Assembly: GCA_963697335.1 (NCBI GenBank)
Contig: CAVONQ010000007.1
Location: 162,878-226,877, forward strand
Source: an uncultured cyanobacterium
GTDB taxonomy: Bacteria; Cyanobacteriota; Cyanobacteriia; PCC-6307; Cyanobiaceae
DNA: 64,000 nucleotides
Direction: 5' to 3'
Numbering within the stretch: position 1 is the first letter of the stretch; each line of letters opens with the position of its first letter. The translations under genes and the position numbers were made by a program. This document shows positions 1 to 15,503 of this stretch, piece by piece. The notes under the pieces were generated by a model. The model saw only the letters and a list, made by a program, of their open reading frames with translations, had not been told where the DNA came from and did not search any database.

Positions 1-1017
1 CAGCAAGCCGTAGCGGGCCCGGGCGAAGCCCTCCAGGTCCCAGGCCTCCAATAGGTTATGGAGCCACAGCAGCACCGGCAGGTTGATCCCTCCGGGCGCC
101 TCGGACCAATCCGGCAGTCCCTCCTGCCAGGTCTGCAGCCAGCGGGCCCCCAGGGCCTCGTGGCGTGCCTGCCCGAGCTTCTCCAGCACAGGCGGCAGCA
201 GGTGGTCGGCCTGATCCAGCAGCCCCACGGCCTCCAGATGCAGGTCCAGGTCGGCCGGGCAGGACGCCCCCACGCTGATGGTGTCGATCCCTGGAGCCGA
301 GAGACAGAACAGGTCGTTGAACACGATCGGATGCAGGGGTGCGCACAGCTCAAGCAGCCGCGGGGATGGGGTGTGCAGATGGCCCCCCTTGTCCGTGGGG
401 CTGATCACGAACACGCCCATGTCGTGGCGGGCTGCCAGCTCCAGCGCAGGTTGGTTGTCCTGGCGGATGAAATACCAGTGGAGATTGATGTAGTCGAAGG
501 CATCGCTGGCGATGGCCTCGAGAATCAGCTCCAGGCTGGCGTGGGTGGAGAAGCCCACATGGCCGATGCGCCCCTGGCGCTGCCAGCGCCGCGCCACCTC
601 CATGCAGCCGCCCGGGCGCAGGGTGTGGTGCAGATGCTCCGGCAGGTTGACGCCATGGATGGCCAGCAGATCGACCCGCTCCACCGCAAGCCGCTCAAAG
701 CTGAGGCTGAGCTCGGCCTCAAAGGCGGCGGGATCCTCCTGGGGGGGCACCTTGGTCTGGAGGATGCGGCAGGGATCGGGGCGCTGGCCCAGCAACCAGC
801 CCAGCTGACGTTCGGAGCTGCCGTAATGGCGGGCAGTCTCGATGTGGTGCAGCCCCTGGGCCCTGGCCTGATCCAGGGTCGCGGCCAGATTGGCCTGGCT
901 CTCTGCGCTGATCTGGTCGCCGGGAAGGTCTGTCCAGCTCTGCTGAAACCGCATGCCCCCCATGGAGAGCACCGGCATGGCCAGCTCGGTGCGGCCGAAG
1001 CGACGGGTGGGAATCAT
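1..1017 (-). CDS. Aldo/keto reductase family oxidoreductase (3' end runs off the window)
   Basis: Not in the ORF track because it lacks a stop in the window. The reverse strand from ATG at 1017 reads MIPTRRFGRTELAMPVLSMGGMRF..., a typical AKR N-terminus; the + strand ORF 58..1023 is its antisense shadow. Confidence 0.85.
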   Translation of the reverse strand, partial: MIPTRRFGRTELAMPVLSMGGMRFQQSWTDLPGDQISAESQANLAATLDQARAQGLHHIETARHYGSSERQLGWLLGQRPDPCRILQTKVPPQEDPAAFEAELSLSFERLAVERVDLLAIHGVNLPEHLHHTLRPGGCMEVARRWQRQGRIGHVGFSTHASLELILEAIASDAFDYINLHWYFIRQDNQPALELAARHDMGVFVISPTDKGGHLHTPSPRLLELCAPLHPIVFNDLFCLSAPGIDTISVGASCPADLDLHLEAVGLLDQADHLLPPVLEKLGQARHEALGARWLQTWQEGLPDWSEAPGGINLPVLLWLHNLLEAWDLEGFARARYGLL

Positions 1018-1075
1018 GGCTGAAGCGGCTTGGTAGGCAAGCAGGGCCGGTGGCATGGCACCAGGCGGGCGAGTC

Positions 1076-1495
1076 CTAGGCCGATGGACTGACGTCGCGC
1101 CGGGGCAGGGTGCGTCTGACCCGGGAGGGGCTGGGGAAGCCGAGGGGCTGGATGTCCTGCTGGGAGAGCTGCTCGACCAGCGAGGGGAGCGCCTCGTAGG
1201 CCACCCAGTGGATGCAGTCCACGGGGCAGGTGTCAATGGCCTCCTGGATCCGATCGGTGCTGTCACCGTCCTGGCGGATGGCCCTGGAGCGTCCCCAGGT
1301 TTCCTCCACCAAGAACGTGTTGCCGGCCACGTGGGCGCAGTACCGGCAACCGATGCAGACGGCCTCATCGACCCACACGGCCTGCTGTCGCAGGGCACCG
1401 CCGAGGACCGGCTCAAGCCCCGTGGCGGCTGGCTGCTGGCGCTGACTCGGGGCTGTGAAGGCGAGGGCTGGATCGATGCCGGTGGTCACGCTCAA
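1076..1495 (-). CDS. Ferredoxin (4Fe-4S/3Fe-4S type)
   Basis: CIGCRYC and CPVDCI cysteine motifs. Confidence 0.85.
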   Translation of the reverse strand: MSVTTGIDPALAFTAPSQRQQPAATGLEPVLGGALRQQAVWVDEAVCIGCRYCAHVAGNTFLVEETWGRSRAIRQDGDSTDRIQEAIDTCPVDCIHWVAYEALPSLVEQLSQQDIQPLGFPSPSRVRRTLPRRDVSPSA

Positions 1496-1881
1496 CTCCA
1501 GCGGGTCACCACCAGTTCGATGCTGCCATCGGCCTGATTGGCCTGTTCGGTCACTTGGAAGCCCTCGTCGAGGCTGGCGGCGAGCACGGTGCGCAGGGCG
1601 TAGCGCTGGGTGAGCTGGGCGAGGAAGCGCTCCACGGGAACCTGCTGTCTCCAGAGGTCGAGGTCGGTGACCAGTTCGTAGCGCTCCTGGCTGGCGTTGA
1701 AGCGGAAGCCGATGTCGGCGCCGTTGGGCTGGCTGATCGCCACCTGGGCCAGCTCGCTCTGGCCGCGGTAGCCCCGCACTGGCAACTCCCCTTCCCTGGG
1801 GTCGTAGCCCAGGTCGCTGAGGGCTTCGAGCAGGGCCCCACGGTCACGGAGCTCGGTCTTGACGGTGCTGAAGTGGGACAT
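1492..1881 (-). CDS. ycf35: Ycf35/DUF1257 family protein
   Basis: Starts MSHFSTVKTELRD (ATG at 1881), contains VRGYRG and ends GSIELVVTRW; C-terminal part of ORF 1492..2370. Confidence 0.8.
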   Translation of the reverse strand: MSHFSTVKTELRDRGALLEALSDLGYDPREGELPVRGYRGQSELAQVAISQPNGADIGFRFNASQERYELVTDLDLWRQQVPVERFLAQLTQRYALRTVLAASLDEGFQVTEQANQADGSIELVVTRWS

Positions 1882-1885
1882 GGCC

Positions 1886-2092
1886 TCAGGTGAGCTGGGT
1901 GGTCTGGGATTCGTTCTGGAGCTGCCGGGCAGGCTGGTAGGCCTCCGCCGTGTTGCTGCGCTGCTGGACGCTGCCCAACCGGGCTTCGATGCGCTCGGTG
2001 AGCTGCTCGCAGCCCTGGCCCTGAACGCCCTCCACCAGTTCTTCGACCCGGCCATCGGGCCGGATGCAGAAGCGGATGGTGTGTTGCGCCAT
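1886..2092 (-). CDS. DUF2997 family small protein
   Basis: IRFxIRPDGRVEExVEGVxGxxCxxLT motif; usual neighbour of DUF1257. Confidence 0.8.
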   Translation of the reverse strand: MAQHTIRFCIRPDGRVEELVEGVQGQGCEQLTERIEARLGSVQQRSNTAEAYQPARQLQNESQTTQLT

Positions 2093-2146
2093 CCCGTGAC
2101 GGTTCGGATTATGGGGATGTTAGCCGTGATCTGGGGCAGGCTGGGA

Positions 2147-2980
2147 TCAGGCCAGCAGGCCCTCATCCACCAAGGTCTGGAGCCGCTCCAGCACCTCGGG
2201 CTGCTCCAGTTGCTCAAGGGCCAGCCGCGCTTCATCGCGCACGCCCGACTCCGCGTCGTGAAGCATGGTGTGCAGCAGGCACTCCACCAGCTCCTGCTGG
2301 CGCGGTTGCACCAAGTCGGCAAAGAGGCGACCCAGGCCCCAGGCACTGTTGCTGCGGACGGCAGGCTCACTGTCGATGCGCAGACTCAACAGCAGCTGGG
2401 CGGCCGCGGGATCCGCCTTGGCTGGCCCGGTGCTACCGGCATCCGCCAGGGAACTGGCGGCCCAGAGGCGTACCGCCGCGATGTCCACCTGCAGGGCCCG
2501 GATCAGGGGGTTGAGCACCGGCGCCTCGGGGTAGTTGCCGAGGCTCCAGGCCACGGCCTTGCGCACGTAGCCGTTGTCATCGCTGGCCAGCAGGGCCAGC
2601 AGGGGAGCCACGGCCTGGGGGCTGGGGTTGCGGCCCAGGGCGTACACCGCGCTCATCCGCAGGATCGGGCAGGAGGCCTCCAGCAAGGGCAACAGCAGGG
2701 GCACCGAGCGGGGATCACGGTGCTCACAGAAGATGCGCAGACCCTGCATGCGCTGCTCGTGGGCCCCGGCGAGCAGGGTCAAACCCAGCTCGCATTCGGC
2801 CACCACGTCCACCGCGCTGTCCTCGGCACCATCGAGCTCATCGAGCGGATCCCCCAGCAGCTCCTGGGCCAGCTCCTGGGCCAGCACGTCCGGATCGAGA
2901 TACAGCTCCTGGGGGCTCTCCGGATAGGGACCCGGCGTGGCTGGCAGCTCGGGCCAGGGATCAGACGGAGACACGCTCAC
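2147..2980 (-). CDS. HEAT-repeat (PBS lyase-like) protein
   Basis: Repeated helical motifs LRMSAVYALG, VRKAVAWSLG, VRLWAASSLA, VRSNSAWGLG. Confidence 0.8.
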   Translation of the reverse strand: MSVSPSDPWPELPATPGPYPESPQELYLDPDVLAQELAQELLGDPLDELDGAEDSAVDVVAECELGLTLLAGAHEQRMQGLRIFCEHRDPRSVPLLLPLLEASCPILRMSAVYALGRNPSPQAVAPLLALLASDDNGYVRKAVAWSLGNYPEAPVLNPLIRALQVDIAAVRLWAASSLADAGSTGPAKADPAAAQLLLSLRIDSEPAVRSNSAWGLGRLFADLVQPRQQELVECLLHTMLHDAESGVRDEARLALEQLEQPEVLERLQTLVDEGLLA

Positions 2981-2989
2981 CGGATTCGC

Positions 2990-3115
2990 TCAACCGACAG
3001 GAGCGGGGGCGGCCATGTCACCCGGCAGCCAGATGCGGGCACTGACGGCAAACAGCGCCAGGCCAAATAACACCACGATGGCGGCGGGCAGCAGGGTGGA
3101 GCGAAAGAATTGCAC
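2990..3115 (-). CDS. Small single-TM hypothetical protein (41 aa)
   Basis: GTG start; (M)QFFRSTLLPAAIVVLFGLALFAVSARIWLPGDMAAPAPVG; co-oriented with its neighbours. Confidence 0.6.
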   Translation of the reverse strand: MQFFRSTLLPAAIVVLFGLALFAVSARIWLPGDMAAPAPVG

Positions 3116-3164
3116 TGGGATCCGGCAGGAACTGGGGGCAGAAGGCCCACTACCGGGGCCATCA

Positions 3165-4934
3165 TCACCCCTGTGGGCCCTGCCCCAGCAGCCCGCGCAA
3201 CTGGCCCTGAAGCCGGCGCCCCTGCTGCAGCGCCAGGGTCCCCAGGACCGCCACCGCCAGACCACCCCAACCCCAGAGGGGCAGTTTGAGCAAAAAGCCG
3301 CCGATGCCTACCAGGGCACCGAACAGCACGGCACAGCTGCTCACCAGCTGGGTGAGCAGCTCCAGCAGCGTCTCCTCGGGTTCGACGCCGGTGCGCTGCC
3401 TCCAGCGGCGCCAGCCGGGCCCCGCCGGCCGCACCTGGCGCACGAAGTGCTCCAGCACCTCCGCAGACTCCGGCGGCGTGGAGAGCATCACCCCAATCCA
3501 CACCACTCCGGTCACGGCGGTGGTGACCAGCAACCGTTCGCCGTAGTCGTCGATGCGCAGCAACGGCACCACCGAGGTGCCGAAGCCCACCAGGAACCCT
3601 CCCAGCATCGCCGCCAGCTCGGCGGCGGCATTGACCCGCCACCAGAACCAGCGCAGCACCAGCACCACCCCCGGGCCCGTGCCGATGGCGATCACTAAGC
3701 GGAATACCGTGCCGATGTTGTTGCTGAGCAGGGCCGTGATCACGCCCAGCACCACCAGCAACACCGAGGCCAGCTGGGCGATCAGCAACAGCTCGCGCTC
3801 GCTGGCACGGGGTCGCATGAAGCGCTGGTAGAGGTCGTGGGTGAGGTAGCTGGCCCCCCAGTTCACCGCCGTGCTCACTGTGCTCATGAACGCCGCCACC
3901 AGGGACACCACCACCAGCCCGAGGGCCACAGGGGGCAGCAGCCGCACCGCCAGCAGCGGATAGCTCTGTTCCCAGTCGGTCTGGTCGGGCAGGAGCACCA
4001 CCGCCGCCAGGGCCACCAGGATCCAGGGCCAGCTGCGCAGCAGATAGTTCACCACCAGGAACACCCATGCCGCCACCCGGGCTTCCCGTTCGTTGCGGGT
4101 GGCCAGCAGCCGCTGGATGAACTCACCGCCCCCGTCGCTGCGGCGGAAGCTCCACCACTGCAGGGCGATGTAGGCCGTGAAGGTGGGCACGGAAATGCCG
4201 GCACCCTCCAGCCAGCGAATCCGGCCACCCTCCACCTGCCAGGGCACCATCGAGAGCAGCTCCGGGCGATCCAGGGCCCGCAGGCTGGCAAGCATCGCGT
4301 CCATGCCGCCGGCGGCGTGCACGGCCGCCACGGCCACGGCCACGGCACCGGCGAGGGCCAGCACAAGCTGGACCATGTCCGTCACCACCACGGCCCAAAG
4401 GCCGCCTGCCGCCGTGTAGATCAGCACCAGCACCCCCACGATCGCCAGCAGCGTGAGACGGGCCTCAGGAGTGGGGGCCAGGCCGAGGGCCTCACTCACC
4501 TTGGCCATGGCCAGGAAGGCGTAGCCGATGCCGATGCAGTTGATCGGCAGGGCGAACAGGAAGGCCTTGATGCCCCGCAGCCAGGCGGCCGTGGCTCCGC
4601 CGTAGCGCAATTCAGTGAAGGCGGCGTCGGTGAGCACACCACTGCGGCGCCAGAGGGGCGCGAACACCACGGCCATGGCCACGTGCGCCACCCCGAAGCT
4701 CCACCACTCCCAGTTGCCGGCCAGCCCGCGCACCCCCACGAGCCCGGCCACGTAGAGGGGGGTGTCCACCGAGAAGGTGGTGGCGGCCATGGAGGCGCCG
4801 GCCAGCCAGCCCTTGAGGCTGCGTCCGGCCACGAAGTAGTCCGACTGGTCGCGGTTGCGACGGGCCAGCCACAGGCCCAGCAGCAGACTGGCCCCTAAAT
4901 AGACGATCAGGATCAGCCAGTCGATCGTGTGCAA
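3165..4934 (-). CDS. Sodium:solute symporter family protein
   Basis: IDWLILIVY...DYFVAGRSL...SMAATTFSVDT and AAFMSTVST motifs, many TM helices; start placed at TTG 4934 (approximate). Confidence 0.85.
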   Translation of the reverse strand: MHTIDWLILIVYLGASLLLGLWLARRNRDQSDYFVAGRSLKGWLAGASMAATTFSVDTPLYVAGLVGVRGLAGNWEWWSFGVAHVAMAVVFAPLWRRSGVLTDAAFTELRYGGATAAWLRGIKAFLFALPINCIGIGYAFLAMAKVSEALGLAPTPEARLTLLAIVGVLVLIYTAAGGLWAVVVTDMVQLVLALAGAVAVAVAAVHAAGGMDAMLASLRALDRPELLSMVPWQVEGGRIRWLEGAGISVPTFTAYIALQWWSFRRSDGGGEFIQRLLATRNEREARVAAWVFLVVNYLLRSWPWILVALAAVVLLPDQTDWEQSYPLLAVRLLPPVALGLVVVSLVAAFMSTVSTAVNWGASYLTHDLYQRFMRPRASERELLLIAQLASVLLVVLGVITALLSNNIGTVFRLVIAIGTGPGVVLVLRWFWWRVNAAAELAAMLGGFLVGFGTSVVPLLRIDDYGERLLVTTAVTGVVWIGVMLSTPPESAEVLEHFVRQVRPAGPGWRRWRQRTGVEPEETLLELLTQLVSSCAVLFGALVGIGGFLLKLPLWGWGGLAVAVLGTLALQQGRRLQGQLRGLLGQGPQG

Positions 4935-4998
4935 GGCGAGCGGCGCTGGTGGGCGCAGTATGAAGGCGTGATCTCTGCCGGCCGCTGCGACCTGCCCG

Positions 4999-6510
4999 AT
5001 GCTGAACAGCTTCTTTGCCGACTCCCTCGACCAGGACACCGTGCGCAGGCGGATCCTGGACCTGGAGAACGGGCGAGTGGGGTTCTACAGCATCGGGCTC
5101 TACCCGGCATCGCTGGCCTACAACAGCGCCATGCACGGCGGCGGCGACCGCCTTTTGCTGGCTCCCCGGCCGGGCCGCTCCCTGTTCGGGGCCTTCACCC
5201 CGCGGGACCTCTCCGGCATGGATCCCCTCCATGTGGCGACCATGGAGAAAATGCTCGTGCACGAGCAGGATGGCGAGGTGCGACCGAACAGCCTGCGCAC
5301 CTTGATCGAGCTCTGTGATCTGGTGGTGCTCACCGCCAACAGCAACCACATCGAGCAGGACTTACACGAGGCTTGTGAGCTGCGGCGGGAACTCGGGCGC
5401 GAGCAGGTGGTGATGGCCTGCCTGGCTGGATCGTTCAGCCACGACCCGCTCCGCAACGATTCCTATGTGCTGTGTGAACGGCAGCCCAACCTGGCCTTCT
5501 TCTCAGGCTTCCACAGGCACGGCGCCCTGCGCGATCCCGTGGACAGCTTCACAGCCAATTTCTGCCATCCCAACGGCATCACCGCGATGATCGGCGCAAG
5601 GCTGATGGATCGGCTCTCTCCAAACATCCAGGTGTCACCTGGGGTCCACAACGTAGAGGCCCAGTACATCAAAGCCGCCAAGAATATCTCCTCAATCTTC
5701 GCTGGTTTCGGCTACTCCTTCCACGCCGAGAATACCGGTATTTTGCCCACCTTGCTCACCCTGTTGCTCGACCAGTGCCTGGATCAGGCCTCGGCCGTTT
5801 CGATGCGGCGCCGCGACCGGCAGCGCCTCTACGGCCGGCAGCCCTTTCCGCTCACCGAGCTGGGTTACGGGGTGCAGCGGATCGAGGCCACCCTCAGCCG
5901 GGGGGGCGAAATGGAGAAGGTGCGCGATCACACTTTCACCCAGCTCACGGCGATGGTGGCGGACGTGCGTGGCAGCATGATGCTGCCTGTATGCGGCAAA
6001 CCCACCCGTAACTTTCAGGCCGGGCAGATCCTGGCCGAGGGCATGCGCAAACTCAGCCGCTGCCCCGTGGATGTGGATGAATTCGAGCAATGGTGCGAGC
6101 AATCGGGCGTCAAGAAAGGCGGGCTCGAGGGCCTGAAGGCGTTGCGCTATTGGCCCCAGATTCTGTTGAACTACGGCATTCAGGTGCACGATGCTTCGAT
6201 GGTGAACCTGCTCTACATGGCGATCTTCGGTAAGAGCGACACCAAGGCCATTGCCTTTCGAGTCATGACCGAAAGCCGGGAACTCTCCAACTACTGCCAG
6301 GAATCCGTGCGCCCTTCCCACAGTCGGCGCTACTCGGAGGCACTGCAGAGCCTGGAGCGTCCCGAGAGCCTTGATCTGCTCGCCAACGCCGTCGTGGCCG
6401 ACAACGCCCGGCGGGCCATCCCCGACGACAGCAACACCGACGAGGGCAGTTCCAGCGAAGAGACACCGGCCTATCTCCGCGCCATGAATGTAATTGAAAA
6501 CGTGTGGTAA
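4999..6510 (+). CDS. Conserved hypothetical protein with remote similarity to NAD(P)H-dependent glycerol-3-phosphate dehydrogenase (GpsA fold)
   Basis: Clean 503-aa ORF. Motifs in GpsA order: DLVVLTANS, FFSG, KAAKNISSIFAG, TRNFQAG, LEGLKAL. Confidence 0.55.
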   Translation: MLNSFFADSLDQDTVRRRILDLENGRVGFYSIGLYPASLAYNSAMHGGGDRLLLAPRPGRSLFGAFTPRDLSGMDPLHVATMEKMLVHEQDGEVRPNSLRTLIELCDLVVLTANSNHIEQDLHEACELRRELGREQVVMACLAGSFSHDPLRNDSYVLCERQPNLAFFSGFHRHGALRDPVDSFTANFCHPNGITAMIGARLMDRLSPNIQVSPGVHNVEAQYIKAAKNISSIFAGFGYSFHAENTGILPTLLTLLLDQCLDQASAVSMRRRDRQRLYGRQPFPLTELGYGVQRIEATLSRGGEMEKVRDHTFTQLTAMVADVRGSMMLPVCGKPTRNFQAGQILAEGMRKLSRCPVDVDEFEQWCEQSGVKKGGLEGLKALRYWPQILLNYGIQVHDASMVNLLYMAIFGKSDTKAIAFRVMTESRELSNYCQESVRPSHSRRYSEALQSLERPESLDLLANAVVADNARRAIPDDSNTDEGSSSEETPAYLRAMNVIENVW

Positions 6511-6542
6511 CGCTGAGCGAAAGCCGCAAGGAGCGGTCCTGA

Positions 6543-7784
6543 TCAAAGCTGGCGGATGACGAGGGCCATCATCTGCCGCAGGGCGCGCAATAGCCCCAGG
6601 GCTTGGTCTCGCTGATGCCGCAGCTGCCTGATCAGCTGCCGCTTGCGATCGAGTTTCGCCTGGAGGGCTGCATTGCGCTCCCGTCGGGAAGCGAGCCGCT
6701 CTTGGGTGTGCTCGTGCTGCTGGGCCAGGGCGCAGTGCAGCCCTTCCAGGAGTTCCCGTTCCTGTTGCAGCCGGGAATGCGCAGCCCTGAGCTCGCTGAG
6801 CTCCAGGGTCTGCCTCCTGACGCTTGACCTGGAGGCCTCAAGTTCGAGCTCGCGTTGCCTGCAATCGGCGCGCAGGGCGCGCAGCTGATCCGTACCCGAA
6901 CGCCAGCCCGGAATCGCCCCAGGGCAGGCCAGCACCCGCGCCACCAGTGGGCCGAGCAGGGCCTGGGCCGCCCCAGGGGTGAGGTCGTCTGCGAGCATCT
7001 GCGACTGCAGCCCTTGCCAGGTCTCCACGGCTGCTTCAGCCAGTGCCCCAGGCGGCAGGGTCAGTTGGGTCTGGCGCGCAGCCCGCTGACGCACCTCTCC
7101 AGCCGCATAGGACTGGCTGATCACCTGCCCTACCAGGGCAGGAGAAAGCCGTTCCAACTGAGCCGGCTGCAGCCATCCCTCCCAGAGCCCGGCCAGCGCG
7201 CTGCTGAGCCGCTGCAGAGGCCAGGTGTCCGCAGAGGCAAAACTCTCGAATAGGAGGCACAGCTGAGGGGACCCGCTCTCCCGGCCCAGCAGGGCCAGGT
7301 TGTAAGCGGCCCAGATCGCCAGGCCTCGGTCGGGGGGGATGCCATCCCTGGCCTGCAGAGAGGCGGCTACCTCAATGGGGTGCCGGACGATGGCGATCAG
7401 GGGAACCTGGCGCAGCAAGATATGGCGGTAGGCCTCGCTGGTGAGGCAGAGGCGCGGATCCTTATCGATCCAGAAGTGATCGCCGGTGTGAACCGGCAGA
7501 TCGGTACGCAGCCCGGCCAGAAAGGCGCGGCTCTCGGCCACAGCGAAGTCAGGCTGACCCAACCAGGGGGAATCCCAAGAGCATTCAAAAAATGCAAGAA
7601 TACGTTCGTTAACCTTCATCAGAGAACGGGATTCGAAGTAACCCTTGGAGTTCTCAAACGTCGCAGGCAGAGCAGCAGAGCCGTCAAACAGCGGATTGGC
7701 AAGGCCTAGCTGATTGGCAACCTCATGCAGAAGGCCAGACAGGAAAGATGTGCCCGAGCGGTGACAACCAGCAACAAACAGCAA
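6543..7784 (-). CDS. Sulfotransferase family protein with C-terminal coiled coil
   Basis: GCHRSGTS PAPS-binding loop, KDPRL and VRHPIEVAASL motifs; heptad-rich tail. Confidence 0.8.
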   Translation of the reverse strand: MLFVAGCHRSGTSFLSGLLHEVANQLGLANPLFDGSAALPATFENSKGYFESRSLMKVNERILAFFECSWDSPWLGQPDFAVAESRAFLAGLRTDLPVHTGDHFWIDKDPRLCLTSEAYRHILLRQVPLIAIVRHPIEVAASLQARDGIPPDRGLAIWAAYNLALLGRESGSPQLCLLFESFASADTWPLQRLSSALAGLWEGWLQPAQLERLSPALVGQVISQSYAAGEVRQRAARQTQLTLPPGALAEAAVETWQGLQSQMLADDLTPGAAQALLGPLVARVLACPGAIPGWRSGTDQLRALRADCRQRELELEASRSSVRRQTLELSELRAAHSRLQQERELLEGLHCALAQQHEHTQERLASRRERNAALQAKLDRKRQLIRQLRHQRDQALGLLRALRQMMALVIRQL

Positions 7785-7912
7785 GACAACCGCCTAACCA
7801 ACCAATCCCGACTTTACAGCCAATGAAGACAGCCAACGAGCGCAGACAACAGCGGAATCGTGGCGCACCTCTGGCTGCATGGGATCAAGCCCAGGAGCCC
7901 GGGGCGCCAGAT

Positions 7913-9004
7913 TCAGGCCTGGGCCGTGGTGCCGGGCGACAGGCGGCGCCGCAACTGACCGCAGGCCGCATCGGCATCCAGTCCCCGACTGGCCCTCACA
8001 CTCACCGCCCCATGGCGGGCCTCGAGGATGCGGCGGAAGACCTCCACCGCTGCCGGGGCAGGGCGCTGAAACGCCTCTTCCTCAATGGGGTTATAGGGAA
8101 TCAGGTTCACATGGCTCTGGAAGCCCCGGATCAGCCGTGCCAGGGCCTCGGCGTGGTGGGGCTGGTCGTTGAGCCCACCCAGCAGGATGTATTCGAAGCT
8201 CACCCGTCGGCCTGTGATCACCACATAGCGGCGGCAGTCGTCGAGCAGTGCCTCGATCGGATAGGCATGGGCCGTGGGGATCAGCTCCTCCCTCAGCCGC
8301 TGATCCGGGGCGTGCAGGCTCACGGCCAGGGTGAACTGGGCGCGGCCCAGCTCGGCCAGGGCCCGCTCCGCCAGGGTGGGCAGGGTGCGAGGCACACCTA
8401 CCGTGCTGACGGTGATCTGGCGCTGGGCCATGCCGAGATCAGCGCAGAGGCAGCGGATGGCAGCCAGCACCGCCTCGATGTTGAGCAGCGGCTCACCCAT
8501 CCCCATGAACACCACGTGGCTGGGACGCTCATCCATGGCCTCGCGCACGGCCAGAACCTGGTCCACGATTTCGTGCACCTCCAGGGAGCGCTGCAGGCCC
8601 CCCTTGCCGGTGGCGCAGAAGCGGCAGGCCATGGAACAGCCCACCTGGCTGCTGACGCAGGCCGTGAGGCGGCCCTTGGCCGGGATGCCCACGGTTTCGA
8701 GGCTGAGGCCATCGGCCGTGGCCAGCAACAGCTTGGTGGTGCCATCGCGGGCGATGCTGCGATGCAACTCCTGGGAGCGGCCGATCCAGTCGGCGGATCC
8801 GGCCGGAGGCGAGCTCAGCAGGCGCTCGCGCCAGGCCTTGGGCAGCACCGTGACGCCATCGATGCTGCGGGCCCCCTTCGCATAGATCCAGTCATGGAGC
8901 TGACGGCCGCGGAATGGCTTCTCACCCTGTTGCTCCGCCCAGGCTTCCAGCTCGCTCAGGCTGCGGCCCAGCAGATGGGCAGAGGAGGTGGGGCGGGCCG
9001 TCAT
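7913..9004 (-). CDS. rlmN: 23S rRNA m2A2503 / tRNA A37 radical SAM methyltransferase
   Basis: [22 protein letters not shown] and AACGQL motifs. Confidence 0.95.
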   Translation of the reverse strand: MTARPTSSAHLLGRSLSELEAWAEQQGEKPFRGRQLHDWIYAKGARSIDGVTVLPKAWRERLLSSPPAGSADWIGRSQELHRSIARDGTTKLLLATADGLSLETVGIPAKGRLTACVSSQVGCSMACRFCATGKGGLQRSLEVHEIVDQVLAVREAMDERPSHVVFMGMGEPLLNIEAVLAAIRCLCADLGMAQRQITVSTVGVPRTLPTLAERALAELGRAQFTLAVSLHAPDQRLREELIPTAHAYPIEALLDDCRRYVVITGRRVSFEYILLGGLNDQPHHAEALARLIRGFQSHVNLIPYNPIEEEAFQRPAPAAVEVFRRILEARHGAVSVRASRGLDADAACGQLRRRLSPGTTAQA

Positions 9005-9011
9005 CAGGTGG

Positions 9012-13459
<4,448 letters not shown>

Positions 13460-13471
13460 TCAGAAGCCTGT

Positions 13472-15376
<1,905 letters not shown>

Positions 15377-15503
15377 GGGGGGTGACTAACGCGCGGAGAT
15401 CGAAAGGGGTGGCTTCAACGGGGAGGTATCGACTGTGAAGCAGCGACACGAAGGGCAGGCCTGAGAGGACGGCAGGCCGTACCTCCCAGGAGCACCGGGT
15501 CGA

